A stretch of DNA of 56,807 nucleotides, from positions 98,672,610-98,729,416 of the forward strand of contig NC_068987.1 of the NCBI RefSeq assembly GCF_001194135.2, given 5' to 3'. This document shows positions 51,185 through 56,807 of the stretch, piece after piece; the stretch's first letter is position 1, and every line of letters begins with the position of its first letter. The stretch is from Octopus bimaculoides (Eukaryota). The notes under the pieces are model-generated. The model did not search any database. It worked only from the letters and a program-made list of their open reading frames with translations, and had not been told where the DNA came from. The translations under genes were made by a program, and so were the position numbers.

Positions 51185-51477
51185 CTCGTCAACGACGAGT
51201 CTTGAGGTCGTTCGCTAATCTCCTCATTGATAAGATCTTGAGTGCTATCCCCAATCGTGATGTCTTAAATAAATGTCATGTGGGAAATTTTCAGGATGAT
51301 CCATGCCTTATGGCTGAAATTGGACGGACGGGAAATATATAGATGCCAGTGCATGTAATTTGAAAAGTACTGTATTTCCATATGCTATTTCTCTTTTAGC
51401 TTTACGTCAAGGGTACCTGGGGTTGTGGAATGTTTACCCACTTGACTTATAATTTCGGAGCAAGTTATTTAGTTGAT

Positions 51478-51705
51478 GAAACAACAACAGCAGCAGCAGT
51501 AGCAGTAAGAGCGCCAAGACAACGAAGATGACGACGACGACGACGACGACCACAGCCACCACCACCACAACCACCACCGCCGCCGCTGCCGTCACCACTG
51601 TCGCCACCGCCGCCGCCGCCACCACCGCAACTACCAGCAGCACCAGCAGCACCAACAGCAGCAGCAGCAGCAGCAGCACCACCACCACCACCACCACCAA
51701 CAGCA
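51478..51705. repeat. Compound GC-rich triplet repeat (CAA, CAG, GAC, CAC, CGC, CAG, CAC)
   Basis: Directly visible. Confidence 0.93.
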
Positions 51706-51899
51706 GATGTGTTTGTGTGTGATCGTGTGGGAGCCTCTATGTATGTATGTATGTATGTATGTATGTGTATGTTTATGTATGTATAATAGCCAGTATAAAA
51801 ACAAGTAACCAGCTGTTACTCAATCGATTGGGTTGAACACGTATCCAAGTTAAGTTGTGTCTTTGTATACACGGAGCAAGAATGATTAAACCAGTTAAA

Positions 51900-52420
51900 A
51901 TTCTCACTATGTCAGATTTAGAGACACGGCCATTTCTTAAATTTGATCTAAAATGTACTTGTTGACTACTCTAAAATCTCCAATATTTAAAATGGGCGGA
52001 CAAGTTCGAATTTCAGGCGTTCAACTCGTTCACATGTCTTTGATATTTAAATATGAAATGGCGCCGTCTGTTTCTCAGTACCTATAAATTGGAACAAGTG
52101 ACGTTACAATCCAACTCTGTAAGGATATCGTTTTGTTTGTGCGATGGTGTAAGAAATTAAATACTGGGCAAGTTACTTCACATCAAAAAGAAATCATTTG
52201 ACTGACAATATTTCATTCCAAACCATAAAGTGTGGGAATTTCTGAATAGTTTTTACAGTCTTAGAAGTGGTGTCGTTTAGGCTTAATAAAAGATATCTGG
52301 TAGTTGTTGTAAAGTACTTAGAATATTTTAGTCTAGAACAAGACATGTGAAACATAATTCTGTTTCATTTTTCCTCTTTCGGAGGTCATAAATATTGATG
52401 GCCCACTGATGGATATGACT
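51900..52420 (+). mobile_element. Possible internally deleted mariner remnant
   Basis: ETRPFLKF and KWADKF fragments resemble the mariner N-terminal HTH region; the KYLEYF* end and a tail gaaacataattctgtttcatttt are mariner-like. Weak. Confidence 0.28.
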
Positions 52421-53639
52421 GCTCACGAAAGGTCAAGCATTTTATGTGTTTATCACACAACGAAATGTGATAAACAAAAATATTTATCGTTTCAACTCAT
52501 AAGTGTCTTCTCTGTAGACTTTGTTCCTCTCAATATTTCTTTAAAAATATATTTCAGTCAGGCGAAACATTAGAAAGAAGAGATTCAGAGAAGTTCTATA
52601 TTTAATCTAGCAGTATAAACCGTCAATGTAACCGCGGCATTTGGAGAATCTTAACAATAAAAACATTAACCAATTTTATGGTCTTCATTTTTCAATAAAG
52701 ATATCGTAGAAAATGTGCTGCCATAAATACATTTATTACACATACAAAAACGCCCGCACACACACACACACACACACACACACTTATACATGTGTAAATA
52801 AACACGTGTGCATATATATATATATATATANNNNNNNNNNNNNNNNNNNNNNNNNNNNNNNNNNNNNNNNNNNNNNNNNNNNNNNNNNNNNNNNNNNNNN
52901 NNNNNNNNNNNNNNNNNNNNNNNNNNNNNNNNNNNNNNNNNNNNNNNNNNNNNNNNNNNNNNNNNNNNNNNNNNNNNNNNNNNNNNNNNNNNNNNNNNNN
53001 NNNNNNNNNNNNNNNNNNNNNNNNNNNNNNNNNNNNNNNNNNNNNNNNNNNNNNNNNNNNNNNNNNNNNNNNNNNNNNNNNNNNNNNNNNNNNNNNNNNN
53101 NNNNNNNNNNNNNNNNNNNATATATATATATATATATATATATACATACGCATACACGTTCTAATACTCATTGTTTTATGCAAATTTATATATGTATACA
53201 CACACACAAACACGCACATACACGCACACACACACACACACACACATACACACTCACACACACATATATATATACGTATATGTGTGTGTGTGTTGCTTGT
53301 GTATGTTTTGTGTATGTGTTTTGTGTGTGTGTGTGCGCGAACGCGCGAGCAAACATTCATGCTTCCATAGTCATAAAACCATCTACATAAAAGAGATATA
53401 CACATATGTGTAAACGTCTGTTTCTATATAATGGCCTCAATATTACTTTGCTGTTATGTGTATACAGTTATCGACAAAAGAATTTATTTGTACTTTTGTC
53501 TCTGTGTCTTTTCCTTTGGAAATTTGAAAATACTCTAGCCATGTCTCACACCTTTATATACAATATCACAGACACCTTCCACACACATACACTCAAACAC
53601 ACACACGTGCAAGCATACACATATACACGCTAAAATAAG

Positions 53640-54060
53640 ATGTCTCATTGAGTACCAGGAGAGGTCATTAGTGAAAACATTGCGTATTACAGCCACGTTA
53701 TACATGAGTAACAATGAGTTATACATCAGGGTCGCACCAAAAGTTAGAGTTCATTATCTCCCAAAATATCTGACGGTGGTAGAACTTCCTTAACATAGCT
53801 AAGGCGGCGTCTAAAAGGTGAGACAATCTACTAATGGAAAGAACCCACTACAGCCCCTAGCGGTTACTGACGCATCTCAAAGCTCAAATAGATTCTTATT
53901 GAAATAATGCAACATTATCTTTTATGGTGCTGCTGTTGTACACTCAGGGAAAAACTACACGGCATCCAGAGAAAGGCCCTTCTCTGGAGACGGATAAAAT
54001 TACTTTACTCGGAGACACGCATCAGGCACATATCCATAGAAATACTGTTCCCTCTTTCTG
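53640..54060 (-). mobile_element. Possible decayed Tx1/L1-like ORF2 3-prime region
   Basis: Minus-strand FLW... and RNVFTNDLSWYSMRHL fragments; weak resemblance only. Confidence 0.2.
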
Positions 54061-54124
54061 TGTTTACTACCGAAGCTAAGATAGTTTCTTTAATAATAAA
54101 ATTGAGAAGTCTTAATTTAACGCG

Positions 54125-54260
54125 TCGAGCTGGCGGAAGCGTTGGCACGCTGGACGAAATGTTTAGCGGTGTTTCGTGTGCCGTTATGTTCTGAGTTCAA
54201 ATTCCGCCGAGGTCGACTTTGCCTTTTATTCTTTCGAGGTCGATTAAATAAGTACCAGTT
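54125..54260 (+). mobile_element. SINE family A (head and core, different 3-prime continuation)
   Basis: cgagctggcggaagcgttggcacgctggacgaaatg...gagttcaaattccgccgaggtcgactttgcc...gtcgattaaataagtaccag. Confidence 0.88.
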
Positions 54261-54477
54261 AATCCCTTTGTCTGTCCTTGTTTGTCCCTTCTATATTTAG
54301 CTCCTTGTAGGCAATAAATAAATAAATAACTAAAATTGAGAAGTCTGATTTGCATTCTTCTGATATAATTGATAGGAGGTAAAAATTAACATCTGTGAAC
54401 CACTTCAGGGGTTCTCCATTTGAAATATCTGGACGAACTTTGTACACAATCAATTATATATCTTTAAACTTTTATTT

Positions 54478-54878
54478 TTTTCAGTCATCAGACTTCAGCC
54501 ATGCTGGGTGCAGAATTTTTAGTCGAACGAGTCGACCCCAGATCTTATGATTTTTTAAAGCCAGGTACTTATTCTATCACTCTTCTGCCGAAGTGCAAAG
54601 TTACGGGGGTATGTCCACACAAATACCAATTGTCAAGTAGTGGTGAGGACAAACGTAGACACAAAGAGACACACACACATGCGCGCGTGAACACACACAC
54701 ATTTTATATACGTATATATATACATATGTAGGATGAGCTTCTGTCAGATTCCGTCTAACAAATTCACTTACAAGGCTTTGGTTGGCGCGACACTATTGAA
54801 GAAAACTCTTGTCCAAGGTAAGACTGAAACCAGAACCATGTGGTTAGCAAGCAAATTTCTTACCATACAGCCTTCACC
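54478..54878 (-). mobile_element. Older composite SINE family B
   Basis: cagtcatcagacttcagccatgctggg...tttagtcgaacgagtcgacccc...gtacttattctatc...gttacgggg, then a (CA)(TA) tract, then ccgtctaacaaattcacttacaaggctttgg...gaaccatgtgg...ttaccatacagcc. Confidence 0.8.
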
Positions 54879-55301
54879 TACTAGAATAATGCACGTGTAC
54901 CATAATCATTTACACCACAAAATCCCTTTGAATGAGCACCACAATGAATTAATACCTGCACACTATCCATTTGTAATATCAAAATATGAACTCCCATCGG
55001 ATCTTACAGAACAACACATTCCTTGGATAAAGGAACAGCAATTTAACATCTAACTTATATATTTATTTTTATTCTCATATTTCCCTTTATACTTCCTATA
55101 TCACTCTCTTTCCAAAATAACTTCTTATATTGAGCTCTTCTATGTCCTATTTAACTATCTCATATCGTCTCTGATGATGGGATATCCTTATATCTCTGAA
55201 ACAGCTGTAAGACTACCTTTCTCTTTATAAAATATCCTGAAAATTCCACACTGCCTTGGCCCAGCTATCTCATTTTATTGAATACTTACATACATACATA
55301 G

Positions 55302-55368
<67 letters not shown>

Positions 55369-56168
55369 NNNNNNNNNNNNNNNNNNNNNNNNNNNNNNNN
55401 NNNNNNNNNNNNNNNNNNNNNNNNNNNNNNNNNNNNNNNNNNNNNNNNNNNNNNNNNNNNNNNNNNNNNNNNNNNNNNNNNNNNNNNNNNNNNNNNNNNN
55501 NNNNNNNNNNNNNNNNNNNNNNNNNNNNNNNNNNNNNNNNNNNNNNNNNNNNNNNNNNNNNNNNNNNNNNNNNNNNNNNNNNNNNNNNNNNNNNNNNNNN
55601 NNNNNNNNNNNNNNNNNNNNNNNNNNNNNNNNNNNNNNNNNNNNNNNNNNNNNNNNNNNNNNNNNNNNNNNNNNNNNNNNNNNNNNNNNNNNNNNNNNNN
55701 NNNNNNNNNNNNNNNNNNNNNNNNNNNNNNNNNNNNNNNNNNNNNNNNNNNNNNNNNNNNNNNNNNNNNNNNNNNNNNNNNNNNNNNNNNNNNNNNNNNN
55801 NNNNNNNNNNNNNNNNNNNNNNNNNNNNNNNNNNNNNNNNNNNNNNNNNNNNNNNNNNNNNNNNNNNNNNNNNNNNNNNNNNNNNNNNNNNNNNNNNNNN
55901 NNNNNNNNNNNNNNNNNNNNNNNNNNNNNNNNNNNNNNNNNNNNNNNNNNNNNNNNNNNNNNNNNNNNNNNNNNNNNNNNNNNNNNNNNNNNNNNNNNNN
56001 NNNNNNNNNNNNNNNNNNNNNNNNNNNNNNNNNNNNNNNNNNNNNNNNNNNNNNNNNNNNNNNNNNNNNNNNNNNNNNNNNNNNNNNNNNNNNNNNNNNN
56101 NNNNNNNNNNNNNNNNNNNNNNNNNNNNNNNNNNNNNNNNNNNNNNNNNNNNNNNNNNNNNNNNNNNN

Positions 56169-56216
<48 letters not shown>

Positions 56217-56807
56217 TTTAGTGTTCACCTGTTTATATGGAGACATATATCTTTGTGATTTATTGTAATTATTATGTGTTTATTTATTTATTGCAGTATT
56301 CATACAGGGGACTCACAAAACAGTAAGACATTTGATTTAGTCAAGAAAATATTTGAGATTTGTTGTTACATTAATTGATTTACGTACATATATGTTGTGC
56401 GCTTATGTATGCATGTCGATAAATTTTCACCTAGTTTCAAAATGCACCTAGTTTCTTTTGCAATAAACTATATTTGTCTATGCGTACAAGCTTTTCTTCA
56501 ATTAGTTTGCTAATATTAGAAATTGGGAAAAATCATTGTCTAGCTATCTTTCTGTCTGTCTCTTCGTCTATCAAACTCGCTAGTTATCCAGGTATTTATC
56601 TATATACGTATACATGTGTGTGTGCATGTGTGTGTGCATGTAAGTGCTTATGTCTCTAGCGTTATATAAACATACGTGTGTATATGCATAGATATATATT
56701 TGCACACAAACATATATATGTATATATATGTATATACTTTATATATACTTGATAGATAAGGTAAGACAACAAAAGAAAGAAAGTGACCTCGATATTATGT
56801 AAATAGA

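Noticed and set aside
53965-53988. 9-bp stem tccagagaa...ttctctgga, and the 8-bp stem caccggtt-gac-aaccggtg near 44610
   Set aside because: Short enough to arise by chance; the second lies within a SINE copy.

Overview
AT-rich, microsatellite-dense animal genomic DNA with about a dozen N gaps. The SINE repertoire, microsatellite load and gene sparsity point to a coleoid cephalopod, probably Octopus (inference, not verified by search). Only one host coding exon is supportable: the terminal catalytic-domain exon of a heparan sulfate glucosamine 3-O-sulfotransferase (HS3ST, most like the HS3ST2/3/4/6 - Drosophila Hs3st-B group) at 9396-10014 (+). Its first exon lies outside the window, more than 9.4 kb upstream. 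The rest is intron or intergenic DNA built largely from transposon fossils: R4/Dong-like LINEs (two short young copies sit inside (TAA)n tracts), a decayed piggyBac, maT/DD37D mariners, a Tigger-like MITE, a Helentron-type (DINE-1/HINE-like) element, Tx1/L1 and NeSL/HERO fragments, and at least three modular tRNA-derived SINE families (called A, B and C here). I found no CRISPR array, no true tRNA or rRNA gene and no convincing novel protein system. The most notable signals are a composite SINE carrying an internal variable microsatellite, visible head/body/tail shuffling among SINEs, TAA-targeted LINE insertions with 5-prime microhomology, a five-element nested insertion stack at 34-39 kb, and a perfect 21-bp hairpin in unique sequence. 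All family assignments come from motif recognition by eye; no alignments or database searches were run, and boundaries of decayed elements are approximate.
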